A stretch of DNA of 64,000 nt, taken from a virus. Shown piece by piece: positions 17,172 through 25,326 of this stretch. The first letter of the stretch is position 1, and every line of letters starts with the position of its first letter. The stretch covers positions 150,325-214,324 of the IMG/VR virus record IMGVR_UViG_3300050120_000230, one strand, 5' to 3'. The translations under genes and the position numbers were made by a program. The notes beneath the pieces are model-generated. The model had not been told where the DNA came from. It was given only the letters and a program-made list of their open reading frames with translations, and made no database searches.

Positions 17172-17249
17172 CGCGGGAAGGACAAGACAGTTAGTCACTA
17201 GCCTCATAAGCTAGACATCTGGCAGATGCGAGCACTGCTCCCGCACCCA
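17172..17249 (+). pseudogene. degenerate duplicate of the tRNA-Met gene (tRNA pseudogene)
   Basis: shares the TAGC-CTCATAA-GCTA anticodon arm and TCCCGCACCCAAAC 3-prime end with the upstream tRNA-Met but lacks D and T arms; C1xA72 mismatch. Confidence 0.5.
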
Positions 17250-17324
17250 AACTTGGCACGGTGATGAACCGGTAAGTCCACAGAGTTATTGACTTGGTGC
17301 TACGAAAATCCGTAGCTGCAAGGT

Positions 17325-17657
17325 ATGAATGATCCACCCAAATTCGTCCGAGCCAGCCGCGAATATCGAGAGCATCTCATCGCTTTCGTTCAGCGGGCAG
17401 TTTGGGCGAGAGGACAGCCGGGTTTCGAGTTCGATGTGATGGGACGAACGTTCCTGATCGCGACCGAGACTGACTACCTTCCGGGTTGGTCAGCCCGGCC
17501 TCTAACTCAACCGGACTTGATCTTCTTCAAAATGTTGTCGCGAGAACGCGATGACAACCACTGGGGCGCCTATTGGCGTCGCGGCAAGGGGATGAAGGTT
17601 TACGGAAACAGCACCGTATTCGAGCGGGACATGCTTTTCCTCAAGTTCGCAGAATAA
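17325..17657 (+). CDS. paralog-family protein (two copies of the motif: DLIFFKMLS and ERDMLFLKFAE)
   Basis: 110-aa ORF between tRNA arrays; family motif at C-terminus. Confidence 0.5.
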   Translation: MNDPPKFVRASREYREHLIAFVQRAVWARGQPGFEFDVMGRTFLIATETDYLPGWSARPLTQPDLIFFKMLSRERDDNHWGAYWRRGKGMKVYGNSTVFERDMLFLKFAE

Positions 17658-17822
17658 GCGAAATATCGTACAACACGAAAAGCGATAAATCGTGCAAGGA
17701 ATCATCGGGATCAGCGTCGGCAGTTCCTCCCCTCGGGGTGTGAAAACGGACCCCCGGTGACTTAGGCTAGAGGGTTGTAGGTGACCTGTATTTGACTGGG
17801 AACCTTCGTCCATGTGTTTTGT

Positions 17823-17899
17823 CAGGGTGTAGCTCAGTCTGGTAGAGTGGCGTCCTCGGATGGCGAGGGTCGCAGGTTCAAATCCTGCCACCCTGACCA
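17823..17899 (+). tRNA. tRNA-Pro (anticodon CGG)
   Basis: C1-G72 acceptor CAGGGTG/CACCCTG typical of Pro, loop CTCGGAT, CCA; flanked by inverted repeat catgtgtttt/aaacacatg. Confidence 0.7.
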
Positions 17900-18071
17900 A
17901 ACACATGGTTCACCAAATGGATGTGCTTTCCGAGAGGCATGTTGTGCATCGTCAAGAACAATCACCGTCCGTAGAGGGACGCCCGAGCGGGTTGCGGAGA
18001 TTGTAGGAGACGATGTGCCAAGCGCGCGAACGGCTGCAAATCGGCATGTCTCGCGGTAAGCACATCCATGA

Positions 18072-18147
18072 TGGATAGTAGCTCAGTTGGTAGAGCTTTC
18101 GGTTGTTACCCGAATGGTCGCAGGTTCGAGCCCTGCCTATCCAGCCA
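18072..18147 (+). tRNA. tRNA-Asn (anticodon GTT)
   Basis: loop TTGTTAC, stem TTCGG/CCGAA, T-arm GCAGG-TTCGAGC-CCTGC, CCA. Confidence 0.7.
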
Positions 18148-18166
18148 AAATGACCTTCGGGTCTGA

Positions 18167-18241
18167 TTGGACGTAGCACAATGGTAGTGCAACTCCCTGT
18201 TAAGGAGAAGGTTGTAGGTTCGAGTCCTACCGTCCGAGCCA
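18167..18241 (+). tRNA. tRNA-Asn (anticodon GTT), second copy
   Basis: loop CTGTTAA, D GCAC/GTGC, T-arm GTAGG-TTCGAGT-CCTAC, CCA. Confidence 0.65.
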
Positions 18242-18331
18242 TTTCTGGGTGGGCTGCAACCCCCAACTTCATCCATCGGGTGAAGAGGTGAGACGCACAA
18301 AGCGCGTCTCTGACAAAGCGCAGCACATCAT

Positions 18332-18407
18332 GGGGCCATAGCTCAGTTGGTAGAGCGATTCCTCGGCAGGGAATAGGTCGCCGGTTCGACTCCGGCTGGC
18401 TCCACCA
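18332..18407 (+). tRNA. tRNA-Ala (anticodon GGC)
   Basis: G3-U70 identity pair (GGGGCCA/TGGCTCC), loop TCGGCAG (C at position 33), CCA. Confidence 0.7.
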
Positions 18408-18605
18408 TTAAAGAAAGCCCCGCTGTTTCCAGCGAGGCTCCCTAGACCGAATCCACCACCGCACCGAAGCGCGGACATCAAAGGTGGACATCGTCACAAG
18501 GGATGTCAAGACCCGCTGTCCAAGGCTTGGACGGCACTCGCTGTCCAAGGCTTGGACAGCACTCCGCACGGTGATGAGCCGATAAGTCGGCAGATTTTGC
18601 CCACC

Positions 18606-18640
18606 AAAAAAGGCCCCGGCGAACCGGGGCCTTGATGGCA
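18606..18640 (-). terminator. rho-independent terminator for the minus-strand gene ending at 18661
   Basis: ggccccggcgaaccggggcc hairpin followed (minus strand) by TTTTTT. Confidence 0.6.
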
Positions 18641-18660
18641 CTGCACCGAAGTGCGGATGC

Positions 18661-18858
18661 TTAGGCGGTTTCGGCGTCCGAGCGGGTCGCGTATTCGGCC
18701 TTCAGGGATTCGAGGATCGACTGCTTGGCGGTGGCGTCGGTGACCGACGTTTCGCCGAGTTCGCGTTCGACCTTGGAAATGGCGTTCTTGATGTGCGGGG
18801 TTGCCATCTTCGACACCGGGGTTTCCGTGGTGCCGGACTTCCAGACTGCTTCAGCCAC
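18661..18858 (-). CDS. small hypothetical protein (65 aa)
   Basis: GTG start with AAGGAGG 7 nt upstream; terminator immediately downstream. Confidence 0.55.
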   Translation of the reverse strand: MAEAVWKSGTTETPVSKMATPHIKNAISKVERELGETSVTDATAKQSILESLKAEYATRSDAETA

Positions 18859-18980
18859 AAGGGCCTCCTTGGTAGGTGGGTGGGAGTGCTAACCGGTTTG
18901 GTTAACGAAAACCATATATCCACCCCTGCGGCGTCATGTCAACAGCACAAAATCGTGCACTGCTCGTTGAGGGAAAACAC

Positions 18981-19054
18981 GGGGTAATAGCTCAATGGTC
19001 GAGCACCGGCTTCGCAAGTCGGGGATCAGGGTTCGATTCCCTGTTACTCCACCA
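18981..19054 (+). tRNA. tRNA-Ala (anticodon CGC)
   Basis: G3-U70 (GGGGTAA/TTACTCC), loop TTCGCAA, T-arm CAGGG-TTCGATT-CCCTG, CCA. Confidence 0.7.
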
Positions 19055-19079
19055 AACATAAATAGTTTCAACTACATAT

Positions 19080-19155
19080 GCTGTCTTAGCTCAGTTGGTA
19101 GAGCGCCGTATTGGTAATGCGGAGGTGGTGGGTTCGATCCCCGCAGTCAGCACCA
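19080..19155 (+). tRNA. tRNA-Thr (anticodon GGT)
   Basis: loop TTGGTAA, stem CCGTA/TGCGG, CCA; one acceptor mismatch. Confidence 0.65.
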
Positions 19156-19158
19156 TTT

Positions 19159-19235
19159 CAGGGTATAGCGCAGCATGGTAGCGCGTCACGTCGGGAACGT
19201 GAAGGTCGCAGGTTCAAATCCTGCTATCCTGACCA
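19159..19235 (+). tRNA. tRNA-Pro (anticodon GGG)
   Basis: C1-G72 acceptor CAGGGTA/TATCCTG, loop TCGGGAA (C33), T-arm GCAGG-TTCAAAT-CCTGC, CCA. Confidence 0.65.
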
Positions 19236-19241
19236 ATTAGG

Positions 19242-19547
19242 TCAATCCATACAGAACGGATTGGCGATGTTCGTCAGCGGCACAGTGTCCAAGATGATCG
19301 GGTTTTTGAAGAACTCGGACGTAAATTGATGCGAACCATTCGGGTTCATATATCGACGAGTTGCGGCCGTTTGGGCTCCCTTGACGGTTTTGAATACGCC
19401 GCTGAACCACATGATTTTATCAGCATCGCGTGGTGAGGTAACGCCGTACTGCCAAACGGTCATACCTTTCGGGTGTTCGATCCCTCTGGCATAGAACTTC
19501 TGCTCAATGGGAGCGTCATTCTCCGTGATGATTTCTCTCATACGCAT
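19242..19547 (-). CDS. hypothetical protein
   Basis: ORF 19242..19658 trimmed to an internal Met because its 5-prime end would overlap tRNA-Pro(TGG). Confidence 0.35.
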   Translation of the reverse strand: MRMREIITENDAPIEQKFYARGIEHPKGMTVWQYGVTSPRDADKIMWFSGVFKTVKGAQTAATRRYMNPNGSHQFTSEFFKNPIILDTVPLTNIANPFCMD

Positions 19548-19580
19548 ATGAATATTTAGGCCGCATGGCCAAACAGACAT

Positions 19581-19657
19581 CGGGGTGTAGCTCAGCTTGA
19601 TAGAGCATCCGGTTTGGGACCGGAGGGTCGGAGGTTTGAGTCCTCTCGCCCCGACCA
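19581..19657 (+). tRNA. tRNA-Pro (anticodon TGG)
   Basis: C1-G72 acceptor CGGGGTG/CGCCCCG, loop TTTGGGA, T-loop TTTGAGT, CCA. Confidence 0.7.
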
Positions 19658-19686
19658 ATTCAGAGACCTTCCCAAAGGGTCTCTAC

Positions 19687-19763
19687 GGTAATGTAGCTCA
19701 GTCAGGTAGAGCAGCGGGCTCATAACTCGCGTGTCGCTGGTTCGATCCCAGCCATTACCACCA
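19687..19763 (+). tRNA. tRNA-Met or tRNA-Ile2 (anticodon CAT)
   Basis: GGTAATG/CATTACC acceptor, loop CTCATAA, T-arm GCTGG-TTCGATC-CCAGC, CCA. Confidence 0.7.
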
Positions 19764-19764
19764 C

Positions 19765-19839
19765 GGACGATTAACTCAGCGGTAGAGTGCCTCTATGACA
19801 TGGAGGAAGCCACTGGTTCGATCCCAGTATCGTCCACCA
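19765..19839 (+). tRNA. tRNA-Val (anticodon GAC)
   Basis: one nt after the preceding tRNA; loop ATGACAT, T-arm ACTGG-TTCGATC-CCAGT, CCA. Confidence 0.7.
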
Positions 19840-19901
19840 ATTTACTTGACGAAACGCCCGTCCATGAGATCATATGTTGATCTTGCAAAGGGAGGGCATC
19901 C

Positions 19902-20177
19902 ATGACGACTGTGAAACTCTCCGAAGCGGAACACAACGCTCTCTCACTTCTGGTTCGCTCGGGCGGCTCGATCCTCACGTCGGCCATTCCCGATAAGAAC
20001 GAGAAGGACGTGTTTGACAACGTCGAGGCAGGCATCAAGGTCTACGTGAAACTTGAGACCCGTGGTCTGGTTGTCGTGACCGAGGAAGAGCCGTTCGAAC
20101 TTGAAGACGGCACCGAGTTCCAGTTCACGAACGAAGTCTACATCACCGACGAAGGTCGGCACGCTATCAACCGCTAA
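19902..20177 (+). CDS. hypothetical protein (91 aa)
   Basis: strong RBS AAGGGAGGG; acidic, protein-like composition. Confidence 0.55.
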   Translation: MTTVKLSEAEHNALSLLVRSGGSILTSAIPDKNEKDVFDNVEAGIKVYVKLETRGLVVVTEEEPFELEDGTEFQFTNEVYITDEGRHAINR

Positions 20178-20240
20178 CAGGCCACATATGGCCTATTAGG
20201 CGCCGGAAACGGTTCTAATAGGCCAACTATGGCCTCTTAT

Positions 20241-20315
20241 GCTTGGGTAGCTCAGGGGTAGAGCAGTGGGCTGAAAATCCGCGTGTCGTTGGTTCGATTC
20301 CAACTCCAAGCACCA
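20241..20315 (+). tRNA. tRNA-Phe (anticodon GAA)
   Basis: loop CTGAAAA, D GCTC-AGGGGTA-GAGC, T-arm GTTGG-TTCGATT-CCAAC, CCA. Confidence 0.75.
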
Positions 20316-20485
20316 TTTTGGTTATTTTGACCGCAAGGTAGATCATACCGCCCGGCCAAAGCAAACCGCCCCACAAAACTTGGCACAGAAATGTGCACAA
20401 GTCGAAGTGGTTGGATTTGATCTCTATGACCTGAAGAAGGCCCCAGAAGATCAATCCAATCAAAGAGTAAACAATCCATGGGCTC

Positions 20486-21616
20486 ATGCCCATATTTAGA
20501 GAGGAACGGTCCCTTGGAGTTTCACGGCTAAGCCCAGAGCGCCTTAATCGGTATCTGGCACTGCAAGATTTGACCGACGCATCGTCGGGCGAACACGCAA
20601 TCAACCTCGTGCTGGACAAGCTGGTAACGGCAATTGAGCAATGGTCGGGCCTCAAGGCAGACATCGTTCGGTCCACTCCTATCGTTTCCGTTCGGGACAA
20701 CTACGACCGGCTCTACTATGAGCCGGACGCGGTCGCACGCTCTGCGCGCTATTCCCACTACGTTGACGATGAGCACATTCTTCGCACCCACACGACGGCG
20801 GCCATTCCCGGCCTGCTGACGGAGACCACGGCCGACCGGCTGATGGTTCTACCGGGTCTTGTCTATCGCCGCGATGTGATGGATCGGATGCATGTGGGAG
20901 AACCGCACCAAGTCGATCTCTGGGTCGCTAGGCGGTCAAGGCTCCGTCGTGATGATCTGTTGAAGATGATCGGCGCGGTTCTCAACGCGATCCTGCCCGG
21001 CTGCGAATACCGCTGCAACGAGACAATCCATCCATACACAGTAAATGGCTTGGAGGTCGAGGTTCGTGTGGACGACCGGTGGATAGAGGTGCTCGAATGT
21101 GGGGAAATCCATCCGTGGCTTTTGAACGACAACGGCTTGCCTAGTCAGGAGTGGTCGGGCTTGGCGATGGGGCTGGGCCTAGACCGCCTTGTAATGCTCC
21201 TGAAGGGCATGGACGACATTCGGCTGCTTCGCAGCACGGATGCTCGTATTGCCCGCCAGATGGCTTCCCTGAGCCCCTACGAGGCTGTTTCGAACCAACC
21301 TATGACCAAGCGGGATATGTCGCTCACGGTGAGTGATCCTGACATCGAATTGATCGGAGATCGCATCCGGGTGGCGCTCGGTGATCGGGCTGACTGGTTG
21401 GAAGAGATCGTGGTCGTTTCGGCATCGAGTTGGGATGAAGTCCCGGCCGTGGCGAGGGAGCGTCTTGGGATGGCGCCTGAGCACACGAACCTGTTGCTGC
21501 GGCTCATCATGCGCTCACCGTCCGAGAGCATTCCGAAAGAGATCGCCAACGAAATCTACGACATAGTCTATGGCGAGCTTCACGAAGGATCGGCGGGGTA
21601 TCAGCGTGTATCATAA
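20486..21616 (+). CDS. pheS: phenylalanyl-tRNA synthetase alpha-subunit (PheS)-like class II aaRS catalytic core
   Basis: motif 2 VLPGLVYRRDVMDRMHVGEPHQVDLWV (cf. [27 protein letters not shown]) and motif 3 SGLAMGLGLDRLVMLLKGMDDIRLL (cf. [25 protein letters not shown]); ILRTHTTAAIPGLL matches LLRTQTSGVQIRTM; lies directly after tRNA-Phe. Confidence 0.75.
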   Translation: MPIFREERSLGVSRLSPERLNRYLALQDLTDASSGEHAINLVLDKLVTAIEQWSGLKADIVRSTPIVSVRDNYDRLYYEPDAVARSARYSHYVDDEHILRTHTTAAIPGLLTETTADRLMVLPGLVYRRDVMDRMHVGEPHQVDLWVARRSRLRRDDLLKMIGAVLNAILPGCEYRCNETIHPYTVNGLEVEVRVDDRWIEVLECGEIHPWLLNDNGLPSQEWSGLAMGLGLDRLVMLLKGMDDIRLLRSTDARIARQMASLSPYEAVSNQPMTKRDMSLTVSDPDIELIGDRIRVALGDRADWLEEIVVVSASSWDEVPAVARERLGMAPEHTNLLLRLIMRSPSESIPKEIANEIYDIVYGELHEGSAGYQRVS

Positions 21617-21766
21617 ACAAGACGGGAAGGCCCTTAATGCATCGTTTATGATGCACTACGGTCGATTTCACAGTCTAGTGCATCAGTTTTGATGCATTAC
21701 GCAATTCGCCAAAAATGACGAGTTATGAACAAAAATAGCCCTAACTCGTCAAAATTGGCGAATTAT

Positions 21767-21841
21767 GTCGATGTAGCTTAGTGGCTAAAGCATCCGGTTG
21801 AAACCCGGAGATCGGCGGTTCGAACCCGCCCATCGGCACCA
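21767..21841 (+). tRNA. tRNA-Phe (anticodon GAA), second copy
   Basis: loop TTGAAAC, stem TCCGG/CCGGA, T-arm GGCGG-TTCGAAC-CCGCC, CCA. Confidence 0.65.
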
Positions 21842-21900
21842 TTATACTTGACCAATAGTCAGACTGCGGTAGATTGAACTTAAGCAGAAGGAGTCGACCC

Positions 21901-22176
21901 ATGACTGTGCGCGGAAAGTTCAATATAACCCTCGGTGGCGCCATGACGTTCTTGGGTCGTGCGGTAATCGTCGGCGTGGTCATTGCCTCGATAGGTCTCG
22001 TGGTCCATTTGGTCTCATCCGAGATGCATCTGGAACTTCAGAACCGCGAGGCGCGCGGCGTCATGGAAGGTCAGTGCTCGCAAATGAAGTGGTCGCTGGA
22101 CACGAACGCCTACAGCAAGGACAACATGCCGATCTACAAGCACGTCTACGCTGAAATCTGCAAGGACGTGAACTAA
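21901..22176 (+). CDS. small membrane protein
   Basis: GAAGGAG RBS before ATG at 21901; one strong TM helix (GGAMTFLGRAVIVGVVIASIGLVVHLV). Confidence 0.55.
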   Translation: MTVRGKFNITLGGAMTFLGRAVIVGVVIASIGLVVHLVSSEMHLELQNREARGVMEGQCSQMKWSLDTNAYSKDNMPIYKHVYAEICKDVN

Positions 22177-22427
22177 AGCCAGAACGTCTTGAAGAGGACG
22201 GCATCGCGTTCGTCCTCGAAGCCGATCACCGGCGACGAGACATAGGGTAGGGCGCCATCCGGGTTGTCCGAAAACACCTTCGTTTGCTCTTCCCACTCGC
22301 CTTTGACGTTGACGATCAGCCATTCACGGACGTGCGGCTGAACCCGGCCGCGACGGCATCGGTTGTTTCTCTCGTCCGTTTCGAAATTGTATTGCCCAGT
22401 CTCGGGCGTCAGTCTGAGCCAGATCAT
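22173..22427 (-). CDS. paralog-family protein (...VREWLIVNVKGEWEE...FEDERDAVLFKTFWL)
   Basis: 84-aa ORF; whole length resembles the 46201..46449 member. Confidence 0.55.
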   Translation of the reverse strand: MIWLRLTPETGQYNFETDERNNRCRRGRVQPHVREWLIVNVKGEWEEQTKVFSDNPDGALPYVSSPVIGFEDERDAVLFKTFWL

Positions 22428-22444
22428 CTGACATAAATATCGGT

Positions 22445-22759
22445 ATGCGAGATTGGATCAAGCTTTTTGAAGATCAAGACGATGATGCTCAGGCGCTCTA
22501 CGCTCGTGAGCATTACATCGAGCACATGATCGTGCACACTTGCGCTCAGGCTGGGATGGACTTGGTCTCTCAGCGGCCGATCCTCTACGATGAGCAGGAC
22601 AATCGCACCGCGACCATTCGTGTCGCCGACTCGGTGACGTTGGAGCAACTCGCCAAGATCACGCATCTTGGGTCTGGTTGGACGATCCTTGGCGCCCCCA
22701 ATGGGTACGGCGTGAGCGTCCAATTCATCGTCGATCCGAAGCTCGACCTAGGGAAATAA
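22445..22759 (+). CDS. hypothetical protein
   Basis: ATG directly after ACATAAATATCGGT late-promoter-like element. Confidence 0.5.
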   Translation: MRDWIKLFEDQDDDAQALYAREHYIEHMIVHTCAQAGMDLVSQRPILYDEQDNRTATIRVADSVTLEQLAKITHLGSGWTILGAPNGYGVSVQFIVDPKLDLGK

Positions 22760-22768
22760 CCGCAAGGG

Positions 22769-22977
22769 CTCAGCTACTATTCCTGAGAGTCACGCAACCG
22801 GTGTAGCTGGTGCGATACTGGTCGGATTATTAACGACTATCACTTCCTGTTTTGGTCGGAAGAACCATGGTTCTCAGCTATTGTTCCTGAGAGTCACGCA
22901 ACCCGTATAGTCGGTGCGATACTGGTCGGAATAGTAACAACCATCACTCCCTGTTTGGGTCGGGAGCACCAAGACCT
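22769..22977. repeat. tandem duplication of a ~104-bp intergenic unit (2 copies, about 85% identical)
   Basis: ctcagctactattcctgagagtcacgcaacc... repeated at 22769 and 22873. Confidence 0.7.
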
Positions 22978-23045
22978 TTTAATAGCCGATCTAGGTATGT
23001 AGGTCAAACAATTTCGTTGACCGAATTTCAAATCACCATGAAACT

Positions 23046-23495
23046 GTGCGGATGGAAGTTTGTCTCATTCGCCCCGACCATTTCGACGCCATGGATGACA
23101 TCCTGAATGGTAATGGGATGCCGCTCGCTCGTGCGTTCCCGCCGACCTATTTCGTGGCGCTGGATAGAGGGGAAGTCATCGGTGGTGGGGGATACGCCAA
23201 GATCAACCCAAGTACGGGCTGGCTGGCGTCTGTGGCCGTCGCCAAGCACCGCAAGCGCACCGGGGTGGGTTCGGCTGTCGTTGCCGCCAATCTACGCTAT
23301 GCGGCCGAACGTGGAATGGGGTCGATGTGGCTGGAAACGTATTTCTGGAACAGCCGGTTCTATGAGAGCCTTGGTTTCGAAGGCATCGCACCCGCCCTCG
23401 TCCCGGCTCGCATCAAGGAGTGGAGAACCAAGAAGCACTGCCGCTTCATGGCGAACACTCTATTGCCAGCGCATTTTGAAATGAAGCGCCTCTGA
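23046..23495 (+). CDS. GNAT-family N-acetyltransferase
   Basis: acetyl-CoA binding region VAKHRKRTGVGSAVVAANLRYAAERG and C-terminal YESLGFEGI. Confidence 0.6.
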   Translation: MRMEVCLIRPDHFDAMDDILNGNGMPLARAFPPTYFVALDRGEVIGGGGYAKINPSTGWLASVAVAKHRKRTGVGSAVVAANLRYAAERGMGSMWLETYFWNSRFYESLGFEGIAPALVPARIKEWRTKKHCRFMANTLLPAHFEMKRL

Positions 23496-24053
23496 TTCGT
23501 TCATGAATTTGAAGACTGCTTTGATCGGATCATCACCGCCGGGTCCGTAACGGCGATACGTCCACTTCGTATGCGGAGCATGGGCGATCAGCCAATCGCG
23601 AAGCTCCGGCGTCATGGTCCCAGTACCATTCGACAGTTCTTCGCGATCTTCGAGGATCACGACACAATCATTGTCGCCGAAGAAAGGATCAACCATGGTC
23701 ATCGGTCCTTCGAAGTAAATGTTGCGATGGGAAAAAGAGTTCACCAGCGCATACGTGTTATCTACTGCTTTATAGTGTTCGATTATGCGATGTGCAAGTT
23801 TTGAAATGTCGCTTTCATCCCAAAAACTGATCTCGACTTGCCCCGCCCTAGAAAAATCAACGTCGTAGGCTTTGCGATCCGTGTGACGTTTCAGAACATT
23901 GTCGTCGAGCCAATTGCGAACCTTGGCGTTCAAACAAAAGATGTGATGAGTTCGATCCTTATCATCGACTACCCACCGCCAATGCCCCAATTCTGCTTGA
24001 AGCTGATGTGTGAGTTCGAAGACATATCTATGTGGACGATGGCGTCGTCTCAT
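23460..24053 (-). CDS. paralog-family protein (...LRDWLIAHAPHTKWTY...NESEALHFKMRWQ)
   Basis: family module at C-terminus. Confidence 0.5.
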   Translation of the reverse strand: MRRRHRPHRYVFELTHQLQAELGHWRWVVDDKDRTHHIFCLNAKVRNWLDDNVLKRHTDRKAYDVDFSRAGQVEISFWDESDISKLAHRIIEHYKAVDNTYALVNSFSHRNIYFEGPMTMVDPFFGDNDCVVILEDREELSNGTGTMTPELRDWLIAHAPHTKWTYRRYGPGGDDPIKAVFKFMNESEALHFKMRWQ

Positions 24054-24391
24054 AGGAACATCAGTTTGAATAGCGCCGCGTCTTCCTGTCGGAAGAACTC
24101 GATAAACAGGTCTCGATTTGTCGTGTCTGCGTCGGACAACACCCCGTAGCGCGTTCTAAACGTCTCGGACGAGTGCGGTGCATTCCGGCTCTCTCGGCGC
24201 TCAGCCGGAACGTTGTCTTCGATCCAACGAAATGCTTTCTCGGCTCTGGGTTTGAACGTGTCATAGTTGCACCGAAGTCGGAAAACGTTTCCACTCTCGT
24301 GCGCTATGTCCGGCGGGGTGAACTCCATCAAAAGCGGAATGTACGGGCAGTAGTACCCGGCTATTTCTTCGTCTTCGATCTTGACTACCAT
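24050..24391 (-). CDS. paralog-family protein (...AFRWIEDNVPAE...QEDAALFKLMFL)
   Basis: ORF 24050..24640 trimmed to Met84 (MVVKIEDEE) adjacent to the stop of the upstream gene. Confidence 0.45.
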   Translation of the reverse strand: MVVKIEDEEIAGYYCPYIPLLMEFTPPDIAHESGNVFRLRCNYDTFKPRAEKAFRWIEDNVPAERRESRNAPHSSETFRTRYGVLSDADTTNRDLFIEFFRQEDAALFKLMFL

Positions 24392-25326
24392 GTCGTGTTC
24401 TTGTCGTCCGCGCCGCACGCCTTCAGCCATTGGAAGAGGGGCACACTGCCATCGTAGAGCATGTTGATATGGTCCGGCCGATAGTTCGCCAGCGAGATCG
24501 GGGGACCAACGCGGCCCGGTTCGGGCGAGATGAGATAGGTCCCGCACATTTGCGGCGGAAGATATTTGTGCAAGCTGATTTGCGACTGCGGACCATTGCC
24601 GCAGCCACCACCGATGTTCATGATGTCTGCGATATGCCACGCCATGGGTTTGCCGAACGGCAACCGCGTGGTTCGAATGTTTTCAAGAACGATCAGGTCT
24701 CGCGCCGTGATCGACATGTAACGCACACCGTGCATTCTTGCGACGATGCAGACGGAATCGAGCACGATGTTGTATTCGGTCTGCATCATGGCCCGATGCT
24801 CTTCCGAGTATTTGTCGATCAGCAATTGCATCAGGCCATCGGCGCGCTGCTCTCGCGAAAGCGAATCGTGCCATTTGGAAAAATCTTCACCTCTTTCGTC
24901 GATGCGATTCTTGGCGCCGACGAGACGGCCGATCTGAAAGTCCAAGGTCGTGGAAAGGTTGTGTGCGTCGCCGAGAGCATCATCCAGTTCTTCGAGGAAC
25001 ATGAAAAGTTTGGCGAGCGATTCACCGTTGGTCGCAAACAGTTCAAGGAACTGACGGTTGTGCGAACCTTTTTCGTGCCCCTCCGCATGAAGCAGGACGG
25101 TTTCTTTTCCGAAGTCCGCGCGGAAGGTGCGGGCCATTCGATCCATGCACCAAGGGAAGCCGTTCGTCCAACCGTAGAGCGGTCGGGGACTACCGTAGCG
25201 TTGGCGGTCATCCAGCCATTTGCTGATAATGTTCCACGATCCGTCCTCGCCCATCGCAAGTTTTTGCTGAAGGCTCAGGCGTTCGTTCAGTCCATATTCG
25301 TGGAGCTTTGTGAAGCCATCTCCCAC
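24385..25326 (-). CDS. hypothetical protein (313 aa)
   Basis: long ORF with protein-like composition. Confidence 0.5.
   Translation of the reverse strand: MGDGFTKLHEYGLNERLSLQQKLAMGEDGSWNIISKWLDDRQRYGSPRPLYGWTNGFPWCMDRMARTFRADFGKETVLLHAEGHEKGSHNRQFLELFATNGESLAKLFMFLEELDDALGDAHNLSTTLDFQIGRLVGAKNRIDERGEDFSKWHDSLSREQRADGLMQLLIDKYSEEHRAMMQTEYNIVLDSVCIVARMHGVRYMSITARDLIVLENIRTTRLPFGKPMAWHIADIMNIGGGCGNGPQSQISLHKYLPPQMCGTYLISPEPGRVGPPISLANYRPDHINMLYDGSVPLFQWLKACGADDKNTTW

Noticed and set aside
17502-18481. ORFs 17502..17906, 17952..18326, 18106..18300, 18269..18481 on the minus strand
   Set aside because: Antisense to clearly folded plus-strand tRNA genes; artefacts.
22769-22977. Possible CRISPR array
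   Set aside because: Only two long (104-bp) imperfect direct copies with no unique spacers between short repeats; not CRISPR-like.
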